A stretch of DNA of 58,242 bases, filler included, from Sphacelaria rigidula (taxonomy: Eukaryota), in NCBI GenBank assembly GCA_964200075.2. It is 10 parts of 10 records of this genome, joined end to end, with 100 filler letters (N's around TTAATTAATTAA, not from the genome) between each part and the next. Parts side by side here need not be neighbours in the genome. Positions count along the whole stretch, not along the records: positions 46,675 to 52,408 come from CAXNAA020024866.1; positions 52,509 to 58,242 come from CAXNAA020024867.1; 8 more parts are not named here. One strand, given 5' to 3'. The notes beneath the pieces were generated by a model. It ran no database searches. It was not told the DNA's origin and saw only the letters and a list, made by a program, of their open reading frames with translations. Shown one piece after another: positions 48,365-58,242 of the stretch. Made by a program: the position numbers and the translations under genes. Within the stretch, counting starts at the first letter, position 1; each line of letters starts with the position of its first letter.

Positions 48365-48930
48365 AACAAACAGCGTTGGCGCTGACGAGGCGACCCACAA
48401 AATTGAACAAAAACAGCGTGTGTTTCTTCTTCTGCGGACGAAATGCCCAAATGTTGGAAAATGACGGATAAGACGTGAACAAAAAAAGATACCGACAGAG
48501 CGATCAAAACGTTCGTCGTGGCAAAAGGGCGGTAGGGGGTTTTCAAGTTTTCATCCTGACGGAGCGACCAAATGTCGTCGAAGAATAGTGAGAATAGGTT
48601 TTGTGTTCTGACCACGCGATAGACCGAATATGTTTTTGGAAAATGGCATGCAAGACTTTTTTTTTCCTTTTTTTATTTTTATCAAGCTGACAAGGCGCCC
48701 AAATCTGCGATTTCGAGTTGTGGGACGTTTTCGCACTTGCGAATCGACCAATTTTTGTCGGAGAATGACAAACTAGGTTTTCTCTTCTTCTGAAAACACG
48801 ATCGACCAAAATATGTTGGAAAATGACATGGTCGAAAAGTTGTGTGTGTATTTTTTTTGGCTGACGAAGGCGACCGAAATATGCTGTTGGGAAATGACGT
48901 GGAAACAGGTTTCTATGCTGACGAAACGTG
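48365..48930 (+). repeat. Degenerate ~60-bp tandem array derived from the cdsA intron/exon boundary
   Basis: About 8 decayed copies of AAACAG-GTTTCTAT-GCTGACGAA(G)CGACC.AAATATG.TTGGAAAATGAC. Confidence 0.75.
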
Positions 48931-49062
48931 TCCAGACGGGGGTAACGATGGGGGGTATTGCGACGCTGTGGATCTTCAGTGGGAACTGGGTGTTTTCCGT
49001 AGGCTTTGCCATGCAGGCACTCTTGGCGCAGCTGGAGTATTACCGAATGGCTATGCAAAAAG
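48909..49062 (+). CDS. cdsA: Phosphatidate cytidylyltransferase (CDP-diacylglycerol synthase, bacterial/plastid type), exon
   Basis: AACAG acceptor, G|GTGAGA donor; VSMLTKRVQTGVTMGGIATLWIFSGNWVFSVGFAMQALLAQLEYYRMAMQK fits the CdsA N-terminus LxKRVxTG..GxWxF..EY. Confidence 0.85.
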
Positions 49063-49095
49063 GTGAGATGAACGGAACGTGGAATTGTAGAGAAT

Positions 49096-49134
<39 letters not shown>

Positions 49135-49371
49135 TTCCTTCTTTTTTTTGATTTTTGTTGGTTTTTGTGTNNNNNNNNNNGGTCCACTGGTGTTTTTACA
49201 AATGGGTATGCAAAAAAGTGGTGTTTACGGGACTTTTTATTTTTGGGGATCCCCCCCCCCCCCCTTCCCCCCCCTCCCTCTTTGTTTTTCAGGATAGTTT
49301 TATGTTGTTCTGGGAACGTTTTTCTTCGTCTCACGGGAGAAAAGTCGGTCGCTTTGCACTGTCTGGGCGCG

Positions 49372-49404
49372 CATACGGATACGGATACGGATACGGATAC
49401 GGAT
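49372..49404. repeat. (ATACGG)n microsatellite
   Basis: Direct inspection. Confidence 0.9.
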
Positions 49405-49677
49405 TTGCGTGTTTTTTGTCTGCTGTGCTTTTGCTCATTTTCCGCTCTTGTCCCGATGATCTTAGATGGGAATATAAGTATGCATACACGCACACATTTC
49501 GTGGTGGTGACGGGTGTACCGTGCCTAGACTCCGTCCCCATCCCTCCCGTCCAGTGTTGGGTTTCCCACTCTTTTGTTGTTGAATGCTGTCCAGATCCAG
49601 GTATGAAAAAGAAAGCAAGGCCTCTTCATGATATGACCGGCGTTACACGTTTCTCTTTTTTTTCTGCAAGTGTCCTC

Positions 49678-49678
49678 C

Positions 49679-49712
<34 letters not shown>
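49678..49712. repeat. (GTT)n microsatellite
   Basis: Direct inspection. Confidence 0.95.
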
Positions 49713-50187
49713 CGTGTTCCTGAACCCGTTGGAAGATGATAATGTGATATTTTTCAATGTGGCCTCCGGGCTCGGAGAGAGTCATTTTCTCCCCCCCAAA
49801 TCCGTTACAACATTATCCGTCTGAGGCATGTGAGATTTCCACTTTCGCTTTCCGGTTCGCAATGATGATCGTGAGAGTTGTCTACGGTTGGTTCGACAAC
49901 GGAAATTCTCCTTCCCCTCCCCCCCTCACCCAGCCTTCCCGCCCTGCTCCGACACTCTTGTAGTCGGTCGGTTGGCCACCCAGAGGTCGAAAATTACCAA
50001 CGCCCCTCTCCCTCCCGTCCTCGACCAAGAACGGGACGTGTTGAGAGGGGGAAATGTGGCAAGTGGGCGAAGGTGGCATGAAATCTTTTGGTACATCGGA
50101 TAGTAGCAAGAAAACTATTGCTAGGAGCTTGATGGTGTCCGCAGACGGCGAAACACAGGACGGGGATAAGATATGTGAAGATGTTTC

Positions 50188-50615
50188 ATGTGGTGTATGG
50201 AAGAAACGTGGTGAGCGCCCAAGTGTTGGAGGTGTCTCTGTTAAGGGTAGGAACGGTGCTTCATCTCGAAAGGGATTCCTGGTCGACTGTCAAATGGCGA
50301 AGGCAAGCAACAAATGAGTAGCCCTCTCCCCCGGCCCCCTTCACGTGCGAGGACGTGCGAGGACATGCAAGACGGGTACAAGAAATTTTAAATGCCTTTC
50401 TGTACTGTATGGAAGAAACGTAGTGGGCACCTAAATGTTGGAGGTGTCTCTATTATGAGTACGAACGGTGCTCCGTCTCGAAAGGGATGCGCGGTCAATA
50501 GTCAACCGGCTAAGGCAAGCAACAAATGAGTACGCCCCCCCCCCCGCCCCCGCCCCCCACGTGCGAGGTCAAAGGTCCCATGACTACGGGATACAAGATC
50601 ATGAGTACACCTCCT
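50188..50615 (-). repeat. Two tandem family A copies plus a family B head
   Basis: 50188-50325 and 50400-50545 (A, with body); 50560-50615 (B head, GATCATGAGTACACC). Confidence 0.85.
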
Positions 50616-50979
50616 AAATGTTGAGGGTTGGGTATGAGAGTCGTGAAAATAAGTTTGTGCGAGAAGATGACCGTGTCTGTAGACAAATGAACAGCAAACG
50701 TGAATTTAACTCATGCCAGCCATTTTCGAAAAGCAGGTTTTTTGCCAAGTGCCCCTTGTTACGAGCTTGAGGTCGGACGGGCTCCCCAGTGTCTTGCGCA
50801 CAGGAGTACAAAGTGCCAAGCTATAGCACCCTTCCCTGCAAAACGTCTTTTGCTAAAACTTCCGTTCGGCTATGCTCGAGCTAGAGCACGGATTCCCTCC
50901 TAAAGATGTGTGACTGGTCGATCTTGTAAGCCACTTGCCACTTCAAAAAAGCTCCAAGCACAAATGCTATGATTTATGA

Positions 50980-51280
50980 CGCACCCCCTCCAGCACCCCC
51001 AAGTGGCGATACCAGAAAATGAAGCAACTTATTCGAGACCGCCATTGATACGCAAGATAATTTGTACGCTTGGTGTCGAACAATCCTCGAAATATTCACT
51101 TCATCCCTCAGGTGACTCGCCGAGCACATCACGGCGCTTCGCGCTCCGTGATAGCGAGCCTGATCCGGCAGAGCAGACCCGGCGTGCTCCGTCCCGGCTT
51201 TGGAATGATGCGAAGTCAGAGGTTTTGGAACTACGACATGCAAGATCATGCGTATATTCTTCCCCCCCCCCCGCCCCCCT
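50980..51280 (-). repeat. Repeat family B
   Basis: CGGCGTGCTCCGTCCCGGCTTT...CAAGATCATG + C-run. Confidence 0.8.
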
Positions 51281-51420
51281 TTGCCTTCGCTTGTGCCTTG
51301 CTGCGTTGCTTTTTTTATTTTATTTTATTCATATATTTTTTTCCCCATTTTGCGTTTGTTCGTTTTTTGTTGCCGTGGGTTGGACTGGGGTGGATTTGGG
51401 TGGGGTGTGGTGCTGTTCAG

Positions 51421-51526
51421 GGTTGAAGCCGGCACGGCGAATAAGCGCGGTGGCGACGGCACTTCTGTATGCCGCGGCTGTGGCGGTACCTCCCCTCCAC
51501 AACTACGTCATGGCCAACACCGGACT
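51421..51526 (+). CDS. cdsA: Phosphatidate cytidylyltransferase, next exon
   Basis: TTCAG acceptor, GTGAGT donor; phase-1 join gives KG-LKPARRISAVATALLYAAAVAVPPLHNYVMANTG. Confidence 0.8.
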
Positions 51527-51691
51527 GTGAGTGAGAATGCATGTTCGTGTGAGTGTTGACGGTATGTGTGTGTGTTGATGGTCATGGATGGAAGACCACG
51601 AGGCGACAATGGTCAAAAGGTAACCTTTCGTTGCTGTACTACTGAGGCGCACTCTTTACACACCTCTACAGCATTTTGCAGTTACCAACAA

Positions 51692-51762
51692 AACGATGAT
51701 GACAACGACAATAACAGTAACAACAACAACAACAACAACAACGACGACGGCGACGACGAGGA
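51692..51762. repeat. (AAC/GAC)n microsatellite
   Basis: Direct inspection. Confidence 0.9.
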
Positions 51763-52085
51763 CCGTCCCTCGCAATGTGAATATTGGATACTTGTCAGGC
51801 CCCAGATATATTTTCGTGAATCGCGCCCAATTTCCCTTCCCACCCCTCTCCTTCCTTGCTTCGTCTCGAAGGGGATGCGTGGTCAATGCTCAAACGACTG
51901 AGGCAAGCAACAAATGAGTACGCCGGCCATGAAGGCAAGGATGCTACGAAGTGATTTGAAGAATGTAGTATGAAGCAAGATTACTCTCGACCCATCCTAT
52001 AACTCTGCGGAAACAGCAGACATGAATAACCATACTCACATGGCTCAGAAAGATGAATGGAAAAATAAGACAAAGGAGAGAGAGA

Positions 52086-52408
52086 GGGGGGGGGCGTACT
52101 CATTTGTTGCTTGCCTTAGTCATTTGACCATTTAGAGAGAGGGGGGGGGAGAAAGAGACAGAAGTATAGACGGAGGGGGATAGAGAGACGTCGATAGTAA
52201 AACGTATGAAAGAGAGAAACAAGGGGCAGCAGGAAGCGAAAGTAGAAAACTTGAGCTTACTAGAGCTATATCGAAGCCGAAGGAAACGAGGACACCATCA
52301 ACAGGATATAGTGTACATTATCAATTTCCCTTTTTACCCCCCCCCTCGCCCCCTTGCTCCGTCTCGAAAGGGATGCGTGGTCAATGGTCAAATGACTAAG
52401 GCAAGCAA
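52086..52408. repeat. Two family A heads in inverted orientation (possible TIR pair)
   Basis: TTGCTTGCCTTAGTCATTTGACCATT at ~52107 and AATGGTCAAATGACTAAGGCAAGCAA at 52383-52408. Confidence 0.7.
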
Positions 52409-52508
52409 NNNNNNNNNNNNNNNNNNNNNNNNNNNNNNNNNNNNNNNNNNNNTTAATTAATTAANNNNNNNNNNNNNNNNNNNNNNNNNNNNNNNNNNNN
52501 NNNNNNNN
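52409..52508. other. Artificial contig spacer
   Basis: Same 100-nt spacer. Confidence 0.99.
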
Positions 52509-52919
52509 CTCGGACACCTTGCATCACCCCACAGAGAGGAGCCTAGTCTGCTTCTTAGATTCGCTCGGCTCCGAGGTTCGAAATTGACCGCGGAACAAAA
52601 ATTTGCGCGAAAAAATATGTGCCTGCCGACCCCCGCCAGTTTGGCCAAACCAATCCCAAGCGTGGGATGCCCCAGCGGCTCGGTGTGCTCGGCTGTTGAC
52701 ATTTTGATATACATGTAGGCTATACTTCCTCAAACCAGCCACCTTTCTGGGGGGGGCTACTCATATCGCGGCATCGCTCGCACGTTTGATATATATATGA
52801 ACATGTACACGTTTGTCAATTTCAAATGTATATCTTGTCGCACAAGGGACGGCACATCTCCTCATCTCAGCCCAGGAACTGCACTTTCAATATGCTATCA
52901 GTAGTCCAAATTTGACGCG

Positions 52920-53390
52920 AGGGGAGAGGCGGGGAGGTGACTCGTGATCTTGCACGTCATAGTCATATAAGACCATTGACCTTGCATTGCTGAAATCCGG
53001 GACGGAACACACTGGATTTTCGCCAGACCAGGCCCGCAACCAATCGCCAAGCGCACAGCGCTGTGATGTGTCCGGCGAGCCGCATGAAGGTTGAGCTGCA
53101 TCCTACTAAGATTTTCAGCCCGAAGCGTACTGATTGTCCTGCATATTGTGGATGACAGTCTCGAGTGAGTTGCTTCATTCCCAGGCATCGCAACTTCCAG
53201 AGACAGCCACGGCTTACTCACTGCCGCATGGATGTCTCACCATTTCTCGACTGCGTAGTACGATTATCTCCTTTGCGCGGAGATGAGATTCGCCCCCCGC
53301 ACAATATAATCCAACTTCACCACCATCATGGATATCGCAAAAAAACGCAAGCGAGAGAAAAAAACGGTAACCTGGTTGCCTAGCTTACCC
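52920..53390 (+). repeat. Repeat family B
   Basis: Collinear with 25500-25950; followed by a family A head at 53415-53485. Confidence 0.85.
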
Positions 53391-53756
53391 AGGACGCAGG
53401 GAAAGGGCGCGCGCGGGGGGGGGGGGGTACTCGTTTGTTGCTTGCATCAGTCACTATACCGTTGACCACGCATCCCTTTCGAGATAGTGCCAGGCAAGGG
53501 GGGGAAGGGGGACACGGTAATTCTTCACGTCCAGGTACTATAGATTCCAGATCGAGCCATGGTTCTGAAGATGAATCGATTCATACGTGTAAGAATGTTT
53601 CTGAACTTGGGTTTTCGGACGAGCAAGTACTGTGCGTGTGGATGTGCTTAGGCAGTCTGTGACCAACGGTACTTTCTGCCTTTGTTTGTAACCTAATGTG
53701 AAGACAGAGGGAGAATGAGCTGCAAACCACAAATGATCCGAGAGGAAGGCTGATAC

Positions 53757-53802
53757 CTGCGCCGCCGTGCAGGGTCATAATTCTGTTTGTCGAGGAAGCC
53801 AT
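53757..53802 (-). CDS. Possible first exon of an isoaspartyl peptidase/L-asparaginase (asparaginase-2, Ntn-hydrolase) family gene
   Basis: accATGg start; MASSTNRIMTLHGGA-G then CAG|GTATCA donor; HGGAG near the N-terminus is the family signature; only 15 codons visible. Confidence 0.45.
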
Positions 53803-53919
53803 GGTCTGGCAGTAGAACAGGGGGCGGGAGCTGAGCTGGTCGCCAGGTCCTTTTCTTGCGTGCAGGAAACGTCTAGCGTGGGGCGGGTGGTGTACTACTG
53901 TGTTGTACGCAAGGAATCA

Positions 53920-54900
53920 CTTTATTAATAATATTTTCAATGCGTGAGCAATGTACAGTATGGTCAGAACGTTGCTCATGACGTGTTCTTCATGCTCCAC
54001 CAACCGGACGGCGCCATTACAATATTCCGTGAAATAAAGGCAACCGCTTCGATGAGTCTCCCAAGTCCCAATCAATTGTCGGCTGCTATGTACAAGTATT
54101 ATCATAATCCACAGCGATAGCGCCCCGAATACGCTTTCTCGCTGTAGGCGTTTGAGTAATGTCATGCATTCGTCGCAATCAGGCTTGTGCCCTGCGTATT
54201 CAAGGCCGAAAACAAGGTGTGAAATAGGTCGCGCCGAAGGCCACAAAACTCCCTTCCCACGAGGCGATCATTTCAGCGAAAGTGGATGCGGGTCGGATGA
54301 GTGGGCCTCCCCCAGCCAACTCTGTGATATTCCTCAATGCTTTTCATCACACGCACATTCGATTGAGAGGTACATCTTAAAATGATTTATTTCCGTGATC
54401 CCCGCGGCCAACACTGGTCACAGTGGCGACGTATGACCTGAAAGTGAAATCACCTCCTAAAAGAAATCCACAGGAAACAGGGGTTCCGTGAAATGTCCAG
54501 TCACCTCCCACTACTGGCTACCCAACTATTTTGGGGCCGGAACTATTTCAGATTTTTATTCACCGCGGGCACAGAGGCGTTGTGCTTGCGAATTGCGGTG
54601 AAGTGACTACTTGCAGCAATCTACCCGTATCTTTACAATTCCATAAGCCAACATATAACTTCAAGGCTGACATAATTCAAAAGGTAACATCCAACAATAA
54701 TATCACAGCACCGAAGGATATTTCTCCTATGACGCGCGGCGCATGCATGTGTTTGCAACGTGACCGCTCTTCTTGTGCATGCATATTACATGAACAATAA
54801 TGATGGTGACAACATGTGCTCACTGGAATCATTGTACCCGACAAAAATGCCATGGACATAAGGTGAATGCATGATCTAGGTCGATTAACTGATTTCACGT
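53920..54900 (-). pseudogene. Possible very decayed hAT transposase relic
   Basis: Fragments in the expected order across frames: LLQVVTSPQF, FTEPLFPV, RPISHLVFGLEYAGH, PSGWW; weak. Confidence 0.3.
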
Positions 54901-55764
54901 ATATACGAAGCTGATCCAGGAAAATCCAGCACCTGCGATGCCTGCTAGGACGCCTCGAAAGCGCTATCTACGACGACAACGTTACCTTCTGCTGTTCGCA
55001 CGGCTGCGTGGCGGGCTGGGGTAGGCTCGGAAGCGACGCCATGCCGGGCACAGGATTACGAAGGAGGGGTCCAGCCGCGATGGTGGGTCATATGCGGCAC
55101 TGTTGTCGAGCACCCTGAGCGTGCTGTGGGAGAAGCGGAAGAAGACACAGTCCGCCCGGCGAACGGAACAAAATGAGGTACGAGCTGACCGCTGGGGCAT
55201 CGCGGTGGTTCGAGGGCTCGGCCGGCATCAACCCTTCTTCGACATGTTCAGCAACCTCGTGGCGCGAGTGACAGACCCACGGCTACGGAGGTACATCAGC
55301 GCAACCTGGGCACGAGCCCGCAGGGGAACAGACGGACCAGCCCCGCGGTACGGCGTTCCCTACAGCTGGAGCCGTCAAGTACGCCACCGCAGCTTCGACA
55401 ATGGGGACACGGCTTGCATGTACTGAGGTATGTCCTCGATGAGGAGCGTGGACGGTAATATAAACGAACAAGAACGACTCCAGGGCAACGTTCCAGAGTC
55501 GCTACCCACGTCTCCTGCCTATCCCGGGAAACGGGCATTCTAGAGGAGAGGAGGTCTGACCCGATACCGTGTTTGGAAAGCCGAGTTGAGCCCCCGCCTT
55601 GGCTCCCGACCACAGCGGCGGTGGCGGCCAGGACGGTTGTTGACACCTACCCCGGATACCATCCATGGCCGGGTGTCATTTCAGGGTTCCACACGGTCAC
55701 TACCTTTGCGGACCTCACGTCGACGGGTGGCGGCTTCCCCCTGGAGAAATATATCACACGCCGG

Positions 55765-56099
55765 TCGCCCCGGTGGTTCAGTGGGTAACCTCGAATCCCT
55801 CTGACGGTTGAGTCGTGGGTTCGAATCTCGGTGAAGTCACGCGATATGGGATTTTTCTCACACCATACCCAACAGTGGAGAGCGACTATGTCGTGGGTAC
55901 ACAAAATCCGACTTCACAGTCAACGAGAGAAAGAGACTGCTGGACCCTTCTCGCGATAAAAATAAGGCAAGCACCGCAGAAGGAAGGTGGAGTACTGAAA
56001 AGATCAAGATAAAAACTCTTGTGATGGCCTTCCTCCTGCGTGACCCCGGCTGATGCGCCCACATATACCAGCCAACGGCTGGCTAATGTTTCTGAGGTG
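55765..56099 (+). mobile_element. tRNA(Gln-like)-derived SINE
   Basis: A box TGGTTCAGTGG (55774), CTCTGA loop, B box GGTTCGAATCTCGGTG (55818); acceptor stem does not pair; possible TSD CACGCCGG (55757-55764, 56100-56107). Confidence 0.7.
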
Positions 56100-57529
56100 C
56101 ACGCCGGAGCGGCCGGCGGCCGGTCGCGCCGCCGGTAGGGCGAAAGCGGTAGAACGATCGATGGGAGGGGAAGGGAGTACAGATGCCACAGGAGCGAGGT
56201 CAGGTACCGAGCTGATTAGGGGTCGGCAACAGTAGCTAGGACCAAGGAGGCCACCAAAATGGGTGCGGAGGATACGACGAGGGCGATGAAAGCGCCGGTG
56301 AAGGCAGAAGCCCAACCGCAGAGAATACACGACGGGGAAACGTGCGGGGATGGCGGTCATCCTGTTGACAAGCCTCGGGGCAGCGCGGCCGACAGGAGGC
56401 CGAATTAAGGTGAGGAAGAAACCTGAGAAGAAAGAAGGGACCACAGGGAACGCAACCCGAGATCCGCCGGTAGCGACGCGGGGGGGAAAGGTGAAGGCAA
56501 CGAGGTGGATCAGAGAACGGACCGCACAGGAGGAGACCCCGGCTGAGGTACTGGCGACTCTCAGAGACGGGGGGTCGTCGGCGAAGCCACCGGTACGGCC
56601 GGTGGTCAGGGAAAATGCCGCTGACAAGAAGGGGGAGACAACACAGAAAAAACGGTTGTACTGTTCCCTGCAGAGGGGGGAGGGGATCGATAACTGGCGG
56701 AGGCCACACGGCCAGTAGATAGCTTGAAGAAGGGGAACAAGCTGTGGCAACGAGTATAGCAGAAGAAGCGGGGCTGAAGATTGGCGGTGGCCGGGTGATC
56801 CCGCGGCGGGACACGAGAGCGGATCCGCCAACATAAGTGATAGGAGAGGTGCCAGCGAACAGGGACGTGGGGGAGAAGGTCGCGCTGAAGTAACATGGTG
56901 GAAGCGACCAAGAAAGGGAGAGTTGCCCGAGGTTTAGTGATCGCCGCCAGTGACCAGAACGGAGGGTGGATACATCAGGAGCAGTCGAAGTGTTTCTTGA
57001 GCCAACCGTCGCAACGTCGGAGTGGGAGCCACCACTGAAGGTACTCACGGACTTGGGGATGTAGGGCATGTTGGCGTGCGCGCAGTCGCAAGTGGCGGCG
57101 GCGGAGGGTGCAGTGCCAACCACGGCGGGGCTGGAGGAGGCAATGGGACAGTAGGAAGAAGGACGGAAGAGGACTGCGGGGTCAACGGCGGAGATACCAG
57201 TAGCGATCTAGGCCCCGCAAGGAAGGAGAAAAGCGGTGTCGGAGACGGCCGGCAGGGCATGGGAGACGCTGGAGTCAATACCTGCCCCGGAAAGGCTCCT
57301 GCTATCGACCACAGCTGCGAAGATAATACTTAGATCGGCAATCGCGGTGACGACGGTAGCGACGCCCCTTGACGAAATGTTTCTGCGCTGTGCGATTCCT
57401 TTGGTCCTATCATGCGTAACTTCCGGAGTGTGTTTGAAGCGTCAGGAGTTGAATTGCTGGCATCCCTCGATGACCTACTCCTGGACCTTCATCGCCTCAC
57501 CAGCGACACGTATCCGTTGACTAACGTTG

Positions 57530-57815
57530 CTTAAAACTCGCCACCCTAGTGGAAGGCTTCGGTCGCCTGGGGAAATGCCAAGGGAGATTGCCCGACCAGG
57601 TTGTTACCAGTGTAACGGGGGACGGAGTGGGAGAGGTGTGCGGCAGGAGTTCTCCTAGAGCAGAGAGGATCAGACAGGTAATCTCAGGGACAAGTCAGAT
57701 CGCTAACTCAAGGCGGGTGCAGCGCTACCGCTTGGCGTTGCGAGCGAGATAAGAGGCTGCTGGAGATAGCCTTGACCCGTGGGCGTGGAGTTGGAGCCTA
57801 GTTGCAGCGTAACGA
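57530..57815 (+). mobile_element. 3' end of a restriction-like-endonuclease (CRE/R2-type) non-LTR retrotransposon
   Basis: VEGFGRLGK...PDQVVTSV...ERIRQVISGTSQIANSRRVQRYRLALR resembles the [VA]ExxGxxG...ISV..Q C-terminus of RLE domains. Confidence 0.65.
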
Positions 57816-58169
57816 AGCTGACAGTTGGTTACCCCAGCAACGGATCACGTTAAACAACCTTTTCGCCAGATGTAGTGTCTAGCATTTGAGTGATTGTGGG
57901 CGTTAAGTAGGATAGCGTTGTTTTCATGGGTTCCACCAACAAACAATTCAAAATCAAAGCACGACTCATATGGATATTCATCTTGCTTTTTTCGCGGGGG
58001 AGAGTTGAAGTAAAAGAAGCAAAAAAATGTCAGGAGATGCAGGAAAATTGGGATGATTTTCGCATGGGAACAAACTTGAGGGTCGAAATTATAGATGGTC
58101 ATGGGAAATGGAAACCGCGAAAGGTACCTTTCGGGAGATTTACTTCCCCCCTCCCCTGCCCCCCACACC

Positions 58170-58225
58170 TCTAGACTCTTGGGTTGGCGTCGAGTGGCAA
58201 CGGCGCTGTAAAACAAGCACCTAAA
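58170..58225 (-). repeat. Repeat family B fragment
   Basis: GGGTTGGCGTCGAGTGGCAACGGCGCTGTAAAACA, reverse match to 25958-25996. Confidence 0.6.
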
Positions 58226-58242
58226 ACCCAGACCAATGTACA

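Noticed and set aside
55767..55839. Functional tRNA-Gln gene
   Set aside because: A and B boxes are present but the acceptor and anticodon stems do not pair; better explained as a SINE head

Overview
Eukaryotic, repeat-rich DNA, most consistent with a brown alga (Phaeophyceae). This is an inference from short GT-AG exons in multi-kb introns, TTAGGG-type motifs, a plastid-type CdsA and the TE families; the species cannot be named. The window is not one locus. It is ten independent contigs of 5,735/5,734 bp (1-5735, 5836-11570, 11671-17404, 17505-23238, 23339-29072, 29173-34906, 35007-40740, 40841-46574, 46675-52408, 52509-58242) joined by artificial N44-TTAATTAATTAA-N44 spacers, so nothing can be inferred across spacers. 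Host gene fragments: a YqeY/Aim41-family gene (2 exons), a phosphatidate cytidylyltransferase (2 exons), two acidic proteins, an S/P/K/R-rich first exon and a possible asparaginase-2 first exon. Mobile DNA: decayed Ty3/Gypsy and Ty1/Copia elements, a solo LTR, hAT transposase relics, many non-autonomous hAT-like elements, tRNA-derived SINEs, an RLE-type LINE 3' end, plus micro- and minisatellites. Best leads: (1) an unidentified ~55-aa protein repeat, pseudogenised but with many synonymous differences, on two unrelated contigs; (2) introns containing tandem copies of their own 3' splice site plus exon start (two cases); (3) a 41-bp palindromic higher-order array with a compensated variant; (4) a three-level TE nest, with perfect TSDs on two of the three layers. 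I found no CRISPR array and no intact novel multi-gene system.
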